From a virus: DNA of 38,717 nucleotides. The notes under the pieces are model-generated. The model worked only from the letters and a program-made list of their open reading frames with translations. It had not been told where the DNA came from and did no database searches. The translations under genes were made by a program, and so were the position numbers. Position 1 is the stretch's first letter. The number at the start of each line of letters is the position of its first letter. The stretch lies in the IMG/VR virus record IMGVR_UViG_3300029671_000007; one strand, 5' to 3'. Shown in pieces: positions 14,744 to 23,402 of this stretch.

Positions 14744-14893
14744 ATGACAACCGTATACAACCTCTGCAAGCTGCTCATTGACCGGGGCCGCACCGACGGC
14801 CTCCAGGACAAGATGGATGTCTATCTCGCCGCCGACCGGCTCACCCCGGAGGAGTACCAGGAGCTGGCCGGGCTACTGGCCCCGGAACAGTAA
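14744..14893 (+). CDS. xkdX: XkdX-like small protein, 49 aa
   Basis: Below the track cut-off. The SD is AAAGGAG. MTTVYNLCKLLIDRGRTDGLQDKMDVYLAADRLTPEEYQELAGLL fits the XkdX pattern (...V..fv....it.eeY.eitG). Confidence 0.6.
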   Translation: MTTVYNLCKLLIDRGRTDGLQDKMDVYLAADRLTPEEYQELAGLLAPEQ

Positions 14894-14931
14894 TCAACAG
14901 CGGGATCGCTGGATAAAAGGATGTGAATCAA

Positions 14932-16281
14932 ATGAGTAAGCTCATTACATACATCCCGCTCTCGTCCGTGGAGCGGATTGAGCTGAGAGTCACCAACTGC
15001 CGCAAGACGCTCTCTCAGGTCAAGGCTGAAACAAAGGCTCATTACGTGCTCAATGGCGGCATGTGGAACCCAGACGGCACCCCCTGCCCGCTGCTTAAGG
15101 TGGGCGGGGCGATGCTCTCCGGCACGCCCTGGCGTCCGATGGGCTACGCCTGGGACAAGGGCCCGGACATCCGCATGACATCCGAGTACAGGGGAGCGGC
15201 CAACTTTATCGCTGTGACCGCCCTCGTTACCTCCGGTAAGCCGGTGGATAAGCCCTCCTACGGATCAGCCCAGGGAGGCAAGAGGGGGCGCAGCGCCATT
15301 GGCCTGCGTGGTGGCAGTCTGGCCCTCTATTGCTCTGGCGATGGGACCGGAGACGCAGCCACGCCGGAAACTCTGAGGGACGAGCTGGCCGGGCTGGGCT
15401 GGTCCTCCGCCGTCATGCTGGATGGGGGCGGCTCCAGCCAGTGTGACTTTGGTGGCGAGCGCATCACCGCCAGCCGCAAGGTGCACAACTGGATTTGCGT
15501 GTATCTCAAGCAGGCGGGCCAAGCACCGCCGGAACAGGAGGACAAGCCTATGAACAAGCACACTGTATGCCTTGACCCCGGACACGGGCCGGGCAACGTC
15601 AACGGCTCCCCGGATGGTACATACAAGGAGTGGGAGTTTACCTTGGATATGGCCCAACGCATCAAGCCGTTGCTGGAGGCCCAGGGGGTGGGCGTGGTGC
15701 TCACCAAGACAGCGGACAACTACCCCAGCCTCACGGAGCGGGCCAACATCAGCAACAAAGCAAAGCCGGACTGCTTTGTGAGCATCCACACCAACGCGGC
15801 CGTGGAGGGCGGCTGGTCGAGCGCGTCCGGGCTGGAGATCTACACCAGCGCCGGGCCCATGACGGCCTCCCGCAATGTGCTGGCCTCCAAGCTGGTCAAC
15901 GCCTTCCACGCCGCCGGGGTTTCCCTGAGAAGTGAACCTATCAAGCATGAGATGTATACCGTGCTCGCCAAGACGGACGCTCCCGCCTGCCTGATTGAGT
16001 ACGGCTTCCATACCAATAAGACCGACGTGGAGTATCTCAAAGATACCAAGTATCGGGACAAGCTGGCCGAAGCCACCGCAAAGGGCATCTGTGAGTTCCT
16101 GGGCGTGGCGTGGCAAGCCGAACCGGGAGAGGACAATGCAGAGGATACCCCGGACAGTTGGGCCGCTGAAGCGTGGGGAAAGGCCAAAGACAAGGGCGTA
16201 CTGGACGGCACCCGTCCCCGCGATAATATGACCCGGCAGGAGCTGGCCGTCGTACTGGAGCGCTTAAACCTATTGAGCTGA
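14932..16281 (+). CDS. Endolysin with three parts: a phosphodiester-glycosidase (NAGPA/DUF2233)-like domain, an N-acetylmuramoyl-L-alanine amidase (Amidase_3) domain and an SLH-like C-terminal motif
   Basis: YVLNGGMW...MLDGGGSS matches the NAGPA-like domain. VCLDPGHG...SIHTNA...GLEIY matches Amidase_3. DSWAAEAWGKAKDKGVLDGTRP..MTRQELAVVL is the SLH-like motif. The ATG at 14932 lies 10 nt after AAGGA, and the track alternative is a GTG at 14923. Confidence 0.9.
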   Translation: MSKLITYIPLSSVERIELRVTNCRKTLSQVKAETKAHYVLNGGMWNPDGTPCPLLKVGGAMLSGTPWRPMGYAWDKGPDIRMTSEYRGAANFIAVTALVTSGKPVDKPSYGSAQGGKRGRSAIGLRGGSLALYCSGDGTGDAATPETLRDELAGLGWSSAVMLDGGGSSQCDFGGERITASRKVHNWICVYLKQAGQAPPEQEDKPMNKHTVCLDPGHGPGNVNGSPDGTYKEWEFTLDMAQRIKPLLEAQGVGVVLTKTADNYPSLTERANISNKAKPDCFVSIHTNAAVEGGWSSASGLEIYTSAGPMTASRNVLASKLVNAFHAAGVSLRSEPIKHEMYTVLAKTDAPACLIEYGFHTNKTDVEYLKDTKYRDKLAEATAKGICEFLGVAWQAEPGEDNAEDTPDSWAAEAWGKAKDKGVLDGTRPRDNMTRQELAVVLERLNLLS

Positions 16282-16303
16282 ACAAGCTGGAAAGGAGGAC
16301 GAA

Positions 16304-17812
16304 ATGGCAAGCATCAAGGATTTGCAAGACCAGATGAACAAGAACTCCCAGGCGTGGCATGGAGCCAATAAGGCCGAGCAAGACCGCCTGCACAAGGAGA
16401 ACGAACGCCTGCAAAGCCAGATTGACAGCATGACGGGAGGAAGCTCCACCTTCAATCCCGGTACTGGCAAGTGGACAACCACGGGTGGCTCCAGCGGCTC
16501 CAAGGGAAGTTCTTCCTCCGGGAAAGGAAGTTCAGGCGGGGGGAGCTCGGGAAAGGGGAACAGCGCCTCCGGGGTAGGAGTAAACACCGGAATCCAGCAG
16601 CAGATTAAAGACCAGATGAATCAAAACTCAAATGCCTGGTGGGGGGCCAGCGACGAGGAAAAGAAGCGGCTGGAGGAGGAAAACAAGTATTTGTCCGGCC
16701 TGTTGAACCAGAACGGGGGGAACGTCAGCTTTGACCCGGTTACAGGTACTTGGAGCGGCAGCGCGGGTGGATTGACAACGCCGCAGCTTCCTCAAGTTGA
16801 GGACTATTCCAACTATCTGGAGGAGATGTATGCGGCGCAGAAGCGGGCCGCTTTGGCGCAGATTAACAACGCCTACCAGCAGAACGTCAATGCAATCAAC
16901 CGGGCGGGGGAGGGTGTGGACACCCGGTATCAGAACGCCCGGAACCAGGCGGCAGGGGCCAGTGAGCTGGCAGCTCGTAACTTCAATGAGTATGCGGCGG
17001 CGGCTGGTTTGAACTCCGGCGCGGGCGGCCAGGCCGAGCTAGCCCGCAACGTAGCCTTGCAGAATAACCTGAACGAACTGAGCACAGCGGAAGCGCAGAC
17101 CTACGCAGACCTGGAACAGCAGATGGCGAACGCCGAGGTGGAGTACAACAACGCCATCGCGGAGGCGGAGGCCAACGGCGACGCCGCTCTGGCGGCGGCC
17201 TTGTATCAGGAAAAGGTGCGTGTCCAGCAGGCAAACATGGAGGCTCTGATGCAGCAGTATCAGATGGATCTCCAGAATCAGCAGCTCCAATATCAGCAGC
17301 AGCAGGATGCAGCCAGTTCAGCTCTGGCCGAGCGCCAGCAGATGGCCCAGTACGGAAACGCCTTTCTTGAGATGGGGCTTATGCCCTCTCAGGAGATGCT
17401 GGACGCCATGGGCATTACGGCGGCGGATGCACAGGCGTATATCAATCAGCTTTCGCTCCAGGCGTCCCTCACGGCCGCGGGAGGCCGGAGCGGAAATGCC
17501 GGGAGAGGTACTGGAGGAACTACCGGCAGTGGCACCGTCGAGAACGTATCCGCCCCAACCTCTAACGCAGGAGGTTCGGTTGGTGGCAGCCAGGTGCAGG
17601 GGAACAATTCAGAATGGAGTGGAATCGACATGTCCAGCGTGACGGCGCTCGGCTATGGGCCGGTCAGCAGGGCCTACCTGGAGCAGATGGTGGATAGTGG
17701 ACAGGTGGAAGCATATCAAGATCCTGCTACCGGGCTGATCAAATTCCGGCGCGGAACCACTTCGACAGTCCCTTCCCGGCCCAGTTTCGGTAATATTCAG
17801 TCCTTGATTTAG
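16304..17812 (+). CDS. Repeat-containing Gly/Ser- and Gln/Ala-rich protein, 502 aa (virion or lysis-associated, unknown function)
   Basis: The SD is AAAGGAGG. It contains two copies of a module QMN.NS.AW.GA....RL..EN..L......F.P.TG.W. Confidence 0.8.
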   Translation: MASIKDLQDQMNKNSQAWHGANKAEQDRLHKENERLQSQIDSMTGGSSTFNPGTGKWTTTGGSSGSKGSSSSGKGSSGGGSSGKGNSASGVGVNTGIQQQIKDQMNQNSNAWWGASDEEKKRLEEENKYLSGLLNQNGGNVSFDPVTGTWSGSAGGLTTPQLPQVEDYSNYLEEMYAAQKRAALAQINNAYQQNVNAINRAGEGVDTRYQNARNQAAGASELAARNFNEYAAAAGLNSGAGGQAELARNVALQNNLNELSTAEAQTYADLEQQMANAEVEYNNAIAEAEANGDAALAAALYQEKVRVQQANMEALMQQYQMDLQNQQLQYQQQQDAASSALAERQQMAQYGNAFLEMGLMPSQEMLDAMGITAADAQAYINQLSLQASLTAAGGRSGNAGRGTGGTTGSGTVENVSAPTSNAGGSVGGSQVQGNNSEWSGIDMSSVTALGYGPVSRAYLEQMVDSGQVEAYQDPATGLIKFRRGTTSTVPSRPSFGNIQSLI

Positions 17813-17822
17813 AGGTGCCCTT

Positions 17823-20800
17823 ATGGCGAAGCTGTCAGAGCTGCAATCCAAGGTAACAGGGAGCGCAATCAATGTTGACCCGCTTGGGAAAAAGCGGCCG
17901 ACAACGCAGACGGTTTTTAACACCTTGCAGCAGAGTGTATCACAGAGCGCTGCCCCGTCTCCACGTATCAGTAAAACCACAGCTCCCTCCTCTTTGCCGG
18001 AGAGCAAGGGAAAGAAGGTCACACTTCCGACAGTTAAGCAGAAAACCAACCCACTGACCACCCCAGCCAAGAGTGGATTTTTTGAAGGTCTCAGTATTTT
18101 GCCGTCTTCTGCGGATGAACTCATTAGTCCATACGCATGGGGACGGGCTGGTACCGCTCTTTTAGGGGCGGCGGAAGGGGTTACAGACTTCATCGGCAGC
18201 GGCTTCTATAAGGGAGTGCAGGGGATCAGTTCTCTTGGTGGCCTGGCTCCCAACCCGGTATCAGAGTGGGCCGGCCGAAACGCAGATGCTTTTTTAGATA
18301 ACAGTATAACGCAAGACCTGGAGCAGAAACTGGCGGAGAAGTACAACCCCAGCCAGGGCGCGCAGAACGTGACGGGTATCGGGCAGACCGTGGTGCAGAT
18401 GCTGCCCGGCATCGGCGCGTCCAAGGTCGTGTCCGCAGCAGGGAAGGGGCTCAACGCGGCCCAGGCGCTTTCCCGCGGGGAGAACGTGGGCCGGGCGCTG
18501 TTCGGCATTCAGGCGGCGGGCAACGCGGCCAGCCAGGCCAAAGCGGAGGGGGCGGACACCGGGCGGGCGCTGGCCTTTGGCGCGGCCTCTGGGGCCCTGG
18601 AGACCGCCATTGAGGGCATCGTGGGCGGCATCCCCGGCCTGGGCGGCGGAAAGGTGGGGAAGATTGCCGAGGCAGTCAAGGCCAGCCCCCTGGTCAGCCG
18701 GGCCCTGGATATCGCAGGCGAGGGCGGCGAGGAGGCGCTTTCCACCGTTCTCACCCCTTATTTGCAGCGGGCCATTTATGACCCGGACGCCCCCAACGCC
18801 ACACCGGAGGAGATTGCGCAGAGTGCCATCATGGGCGCGGTGGCCGCCGGAGTGCTCCAGGGCGGCCTAGAGCTGCCGGGGGCGATTTCTAATGCGGCGT
18901 CCGACATCAGAACCACCCGGAGGGCTATCGGGAGCAACGAGGACATTACCCAGAGAGCCACCGCCAATATCCAGGCGGGTCAGAACATGGCCCGGTATTC
19001 CAGCGGAAATCCGCTGGCCGTTACCTTACCGACGGTCGAAGAGGCCAAAAGTGGCCTCTTCCTGCCCGGTTCCCCCGCCTATCAGCAGGCGGATAACCGC
19101 ATGCCGGGCGAGCAGGTTATCCGGGCGGAACTTCCTGGAGCTGTGCAGAAAAATGCAGATGTGGAACCTCTTGTTTCAATAGATAATATACGCCGGTATC
19201 AATCTGCAATCGACGGCGTTTTTATGGGCACGCTTCCTACTGGCGCCGATATCGTGCTCGGGCAGACGCCATCCATTCTCGCTGAGTATGGAGCGCCTGC
19301 GCTTGATCTGCACATGCGGCAAAGCGTCGCAAGGAAAATTGCATATCCATCCGGATATATGGGTGGAAAGCATAATCTTGGGCTATCAGCGCTTAAAAAT
19401 CTCCCTTATCAACTTGCAGACCCCATTGCAATTATAGAGAACCCGCAAAGCAATTCGAGAGGTCTTGCGAGTAAGATCGTTCTTACAGAATGGAACGATT
19501 TGGACGGAAAACCTGTTATTATTCCGATCCACCTAAATGCACAGGGTGCAATTGATGTTCAAAACGATGTTGCATCTGCATTTGGGGCGGATTATATCCA
19601 AAGAATCATTGGTAATAATGGCGAAAATGTGCTGTATACAAAAAATAACGAGGACATTTATCAGCTTCTTTCCAAAGGGCGTCCAGTGCCCCAGGCGATG
19701 GCTGATGATGTCCTCGCTAGAAACAGTATACCCCCAGCCGGGCAGGATGTCAACCTACAGCAGGGCGATCGCGGTGAAACACAGGATACGCCCAGGGAGG
19801 GGCCTGGGCCTGCCTTTGAGACAGGCCCGGAGAGTTCCGTCGGCGCAGCTCGGAAGGGCTTCGACCCCTGGTCGGAGTTCCAGGGCACCAAGAGCGAGTT
19901 CTTCCCCGAAGGGGCCAACGCGGCCCGACCGGTGGACGTGCCCACCACCGACCCGCAGGGGCGGCCCATCCGCAAGACCGCCTCCACCGCCATGGGGGCA
20001 AAGGCTATTCCCGACGAGGCGGTGGGCGACATTCAGAACATGGTGCTGCGCGGGGAGCTGTCCTATGACCGAGTGAGTGACAGGGCTTCCATTGACCGGG
20101 CCGTGAAAACCATTGAGATGAAGGGATATCAGCGGGCGCTGGAGGAGTTCTCCACCCAGGTGCGCAAGGGCTTAGTTTCCAAGGACATTGCCACCCTGGG
20201 GCAGCAGCTTCTGGTGAATGCAGCCAACGCGGGAGACGGGAAGGCCACGGCGGAGTTGCTTTCCCTCTACGCGCAGATGGAGACCACCGCCGGGCAGGCA
20301 GTACAGGCGGCCTCCATCCTGCGCAAGCTGGCCCCCAGCGACCAGCTTTACGCCGCCCAGCGCGTGGTAATTGAGCTGGAAAAGGCCATCCAGAAAAACT
20401 ACAAGGATCTGGAGATCACCATCGACCCGGCGTTGATTGAGGAGTTCAACCAGCAGACCGACCAGACGGGCCGGGACGCAGTGCTGGATAAAATCAAGGA
20501 TAACGTGGCCGCCCAGGTGCCCGCCACATGGCAGGATAAATGGAACGCCTGGCGGTACATGGCGATGCTCTTTAACCCCAGGACGCATATCCGAAACGTC
20601 GTAGGCAACGTCGGATTTCAGCCGCTGCGCTGGACAAAAGACCGCGTGGCGGCGGCTATCGAGGCGGGAGTCTCCAAGGCCAGCGGGGGAAAGCTGGAGC
20701 GCACCAAATCGTTCGCGGCCAACCCGGCGCTCTACAAGGCGGCGTGGGCGGACTGGACAAATGTGCAGGACGTGCTTTCCGGGAATAAGTATGACGACAT

Positions 20801-22700
20801 CAGGAGCGACATCAACAGCCGACGGAGGATTTTCAAGACACTGCCGCTGGAGGCAGCCCGCAAGGGGAACTCATGGGCGCTGGAGGCGGAGGACGCCATT
20901 TTCAAGCGCATCACCTATGCCGACGCCCTGGCCGGATACCTCCAGGCAAACGGCGTGACGGCAGAGCAGATGCGGAACAACACGGTGGACGCGCAGCTTC
21001 TCAGCCGGGCGCGGGACTACGCAGGGCAGGAAGCGCTAAAGGCAACCTATCAAGACCGAAACGCGGTGTCGGATTTTGTCTCCACTCGATATCAGGGCAA
21101 AGGGAGAAAGGTTGTAAACTCTGCGATAGACGCAGTGCTTCCGTTCCGACGTACCCCAGCCAACATCCTTGTGCGGGGCCTGGAGTACAGCCCGGCGGGG
21201 CTGGCTAAGGCACTGAGCTATGATCTGGTGAAGGCGAAGAAGGGTGAGATGACGGGAGCGGAAGCCATCGACCACATTGCCGCCGGGTTGACCGGCTCTG
21301 GTCTCATGGCCCTGGGCGCATACCTGTTTGCCCAGGGGATTGTCACCAGCGGCGGCGGGGACGACGAGGGGCAGGACACCATAAACGATCTGACGGGTGT
21401 TCAGAATTACGCGCTGAACCTCCCCGGCGGCGGGAACGTCACGCTGGATTGGCTGGCACCAGAAGCCCTGCCCTTCTTCATGGGCGTGGAGCTGATGGAT
21501 TCCATGGGGCAGGGGGGGAACACGGCAGAGAGTATTTACACCGCCCTGAAATCCATCTCCGACCCCATGCTGGAGCTGAGCATGCTCCAGTCTCTCAACG
21601 ATATCATCGACAGTTGGTCTTTTGCGGATAACAAACTGGGGGCGTTGCTTTCCTCCACTCTAATCAGCTACTTTTCCCAGGCGGTGCCCACTGTGGGCGG
21701 ACAGATTGAGCGCTCCGCCGAGGACGTGCGCATGACCACCTACACCGACAAGAACCTGCGGCTGCCCACCGATATCCAGTACGCCATCGGGCGGGCCAGC
21801 GCCCGGATTCCAGGCTGGGACTACCAGCAAGTGCCCTATATCGACGCATGGGGGAGAGAGGAGAAGAGCGGGACGCTGCCCATGCGGGCGATGGACAACT
21901 TCCTGAATCCGGCCTATACCTCTAGTATGCAGGTGACGGACGTAGACAAAGAGATTCAACGGCTCTACAACCAGACCGGAGACGGCGGCGTGGTGCCGGA
22001 TCGGCCGCAGAAGTACATCACGGTGGACGGCGAGCGGGTGGATCTGACCGGGGAGCAATATGTGGAATATGCCACGAAGCGAGGGCAGACACAGTTTAAG
22101 CTTCTGGAGGAATTGCTGGACAGCAGCCTGTACCGAAGCCTTGGAGACGAGGAGAAGACCCAGGCGGTGAGCAGCGTGTATAACTACGCCGATATGCTGG
22201 GGAAGGCTGCGGTCAGTGATTATCAGCCGGAAGATTGGGTAGCGGAGGCCCAGAACGCAAAGAAAGAATTTGGCATTTCGACATCGGAATATCTTCTGCT
22301 GCGTGGGCAGTATGGGGGCTCTCTCCTCAGAGGAAAGAAGGTGCGGGAGGCATATCAGGCCGGTATGCCGGCACAGGACTATCTGCACTGGGCCGTCCAG
22401 GAAAAGGATACGGACGGAAGTGGAAGGACGAACCAGGCTGAGACCATCGCCGCCATTGAAACTAGTGGATTGAGCCAGGAGGAAAAGGAAGTGCTCTATG
22501 CCGTGGAACAGGTATCGGATGCGGGACGCCGGAAATGGGAGCGGGCACGAGACTGGGGCCTGAGTGTTGAGGACTACCAACGATACTACGCCATCTACGC
22601 CGGAGAAGGAAAGAAGGAGGAAAAACTGGCTGCATTGCAAAGGGCCGGTATGACTTCGGCCCAGGCAAACTATTTCTGGAGCCTTATGAGCAAGAATTAG
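17823..22700 (+). CDS. Giant virion-associated (polyvalent or ejection-type) protein, 1625 aa
   Basis: A single uninterrupted ORF. It has a Gly-rich hydrophobic region (aa ~180-330), a low-GC MuF-C-terminal-like domain (aa ~450-630), a Pro/Gly linker and a long helical C-terminal part. Confidence 0.9.
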   Translation: MAKLSELQSKVTGSAINVDPLGKKRPTTQTVFNTLQQSVSQSAAPSPRISKTTAPSSLPESKGKKVTLPTVKQKTNPLTTPAKSGFFEGLSILPSSADELISPYAWGRAGTALLGAAEGVTDFIGSGFYKGVQGISSLGGLAPNPVSEWAGRNADAFLDNSITQDLEQKLAEKYNPSQGAQNVTGIGQTVVQMLPGIGASKVVSAAGKGLNAAQALSRGENVGRALFGIQAAGNAASQAKAEGADTGRALAFGAASGALETAIEGIVGGIPGLGGGKVGKIAEAVKASPLVSRALDIAGEGGEEALSTVLTPYLQRAIYDPDAPNATPEEIAQSAIMGAVAAGVLQGGLELPGAISNAASDIRTTRRAIGSNEDITQRATANIQAGQNMARYSSGNPLAVTLPTVEEAKSGLFLPGSPAYQQADNRMPGEQVIRAELPGAVQKNADVEPLVSIDNIRRYQSAIDGVFMGTLPTGADIVLGQTPSILAEYGAPALDLHMRQSVARKIAYPSGYMGGKHNLGLSALKNLPYQLADPIAIIENPQSNSRGLASKIVLTEWNDLDGKPVIIPIHLNAQGAIDVQNDVASAFGADYIQRIIGNNGENVLYTKNNEDIYQLLSKGRPVPQAMADDVLARNSIPPAGQDVNLQQGDRGETQDTPREGPGPAFETGPESSVGAARKGFDPWSEFQGTKSEFFPEGANAARPVDVPTTDPQGRPIRKTASTAMGAKAIPDEAVGDIQNMVLRGELSYDRVSDRASIDRAVKTIEMKGYQRALEEFSTQVRKGLVSKDIATLGQQLLVNAANAGDGKATAELLSLYAQMETTAGQAVQAASILRKLAPSDQLYAAQRVVIELEKAIQKNYKDLEITIDPALIEEFNQQTDQTGRDAVLDKIKDNVAAQVPATWQDKWNAWRYMAMLFNPRTHIRNVVGNVGFQPLRWTKDRVAAAIEAGVSKASGGKLERTKSFAANPALYKAAWADWTNVQDVLSGNKYDDIRSDINSRRRIFKTLPLEAARKGNSWALEAEDAIFKRITYADALAGYLQANGVTAEQMRNNTVDAQLLSRARDYAGQEALKATYQDRNAVSDFVSTRYQGKGRKVVNSAIDAVLPFRRTPANILVRGLEYSPAGLAKALSYDLVKAKKGEMTGAEAIDHIAAGLTGSGLMALGAYLFAQGIVTSGGGDDEGQDTINDLTGVQNYALNLPGGGNVTLDWLAPEALPFFMGVELMDSMGQGGNTAESIYTALKSISDPMLELSMLQSLNDIIDSWSFADNKLGALLSSTLISYFSQAVPTVGGQIERSAEDVRMTTYTDKNLRLPTDIQYAIGRASARIPGWDYQQVPYIDAWGREEKSGTLPMRAMDNFLNPAYTSSMQVTDVDKEIQRLYNQTGDGGVVPDRPQKYITVDGERVDLTGEQYVEYATKRGQTQFKLLEELLDSSLYRSLGDEEKTQAVSSVYNYADMLGKAAVSDYQPEDWVAEAQNAKKEFGISTSEYLLLRGQYGGSLLRGKKVREAYQAGMPAQDYLHWAVQEKDTDGSGRTNQAETIAAIETSGLSQEEKEVLYAVEQVSDAGRRKWERARDWGLSVEDYQRYYAIYAGEGKKEEKLAALQRAGMTSAQANYFWSLMSKN

Positions 22701-22717
22701 AAAGGAAGGTACTTACC

Positions 22718-22903
22718 ATGAAAGAACGACTGTCCAGACTGCTGACCGTGAAGTCCATCGTCACCCTTATTCTGACGGTGGTATTTGCTTATCTTTCCGC
22801 CAGTGGGATGGTGGGCATCGACCAGTTCCTTACCGTGTTCACCGTTATCATTGCGTTCTACTTCGGAACACAGGCCGAGCGGGCACAGGGGAAGGGGGCG
22901 TGA
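22718..22903 (+). CDS. Putative holin, 61 aa, two TM segments
   Basis: Two hydrophobic segments and a charged C-terminus, directly upstream of the XhlA-like gene. Confidence 0.65.
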   Translation: MKERLSRLLTVKSIVTLILTVVFAYLSASGMVGIDQFLTVFTVIIAFYFGTQAERAQGKGA

Positions 22904-22906
22904 CCG

Positions 22907-23218
22907 ATGTCGGAGCACGAGTGCAGCGGGACGGACTGCGCTTCCCTCGTCCGCATCAAGGCACTGGAGAGGACGCTGGAGGACGAGAAGAAGGAGCGCT
23001 CACGCTCTCACGAGAAGATCTACAACCGCCTTGGGGCCTTGGAGCGTGGTATGACGGCTGTTACCACCCAGTACAGCCAGATCATTGCACAGCTTGCCAC
23101 CATGTCCGCTGATATAAACGCCCTGAAAGAGAAGCCGAACAAGCGCTGGGAGACAGTGATCACGGCCATCATCACCGGAGTGGTTGGATTCCTCTTGGCC
23201 AGGCTTGGAATGGGGTAA
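22907..23218 (+). CDS. xhlA: XhlA-like (haemolysin XhlA family) lysis protein, 103 aa
   Basis: A coiled-coil N-terminal part plus a single C-terminal TM (WETVITAIITGVVGFLLARLG), which is the architecture of B. subtilis PBSX XhlA. Confidence 0.65.
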   Translation: MSEHECSGTDCASLVRIKALERTLEDEKKERSRSHEKIYNRLGALERGMTAVTTQYSQIIAQLATMSADINALKEKPNKRWETVITAIITGVVGFLLARLGMG

Positions 23219-23374
23219 AGGCATGTCAATGGCCCGCGTGCGGTTCCAGGAGCGTTTCTGACCTCAGAAATGAAGCTGGCAATCCAGAAGGCGAACTGGG
23301 GCTGATAGCACGAGAAAATGGTGGATGATGTGGCCCACATAAGGGTCATGCTCGACCAATACAGGCTATAAAGA

Positions 23375-23402
23375 AAGCGCAGGGGTCAACGCCCCTGCGC
23401 TT
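23375..23402. terminator. Bidirectional hairpin terminator between the convergent late and early operons
   Basis: AAGCGCAGGGG (23375-23385) pairs with CCCCTGCGCTT (23392-23402). A-rich sequence lies upstream and TTCTTGTT downstream. It overlaps the stop of the sigma-factor gene. Confidence 0.65.
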
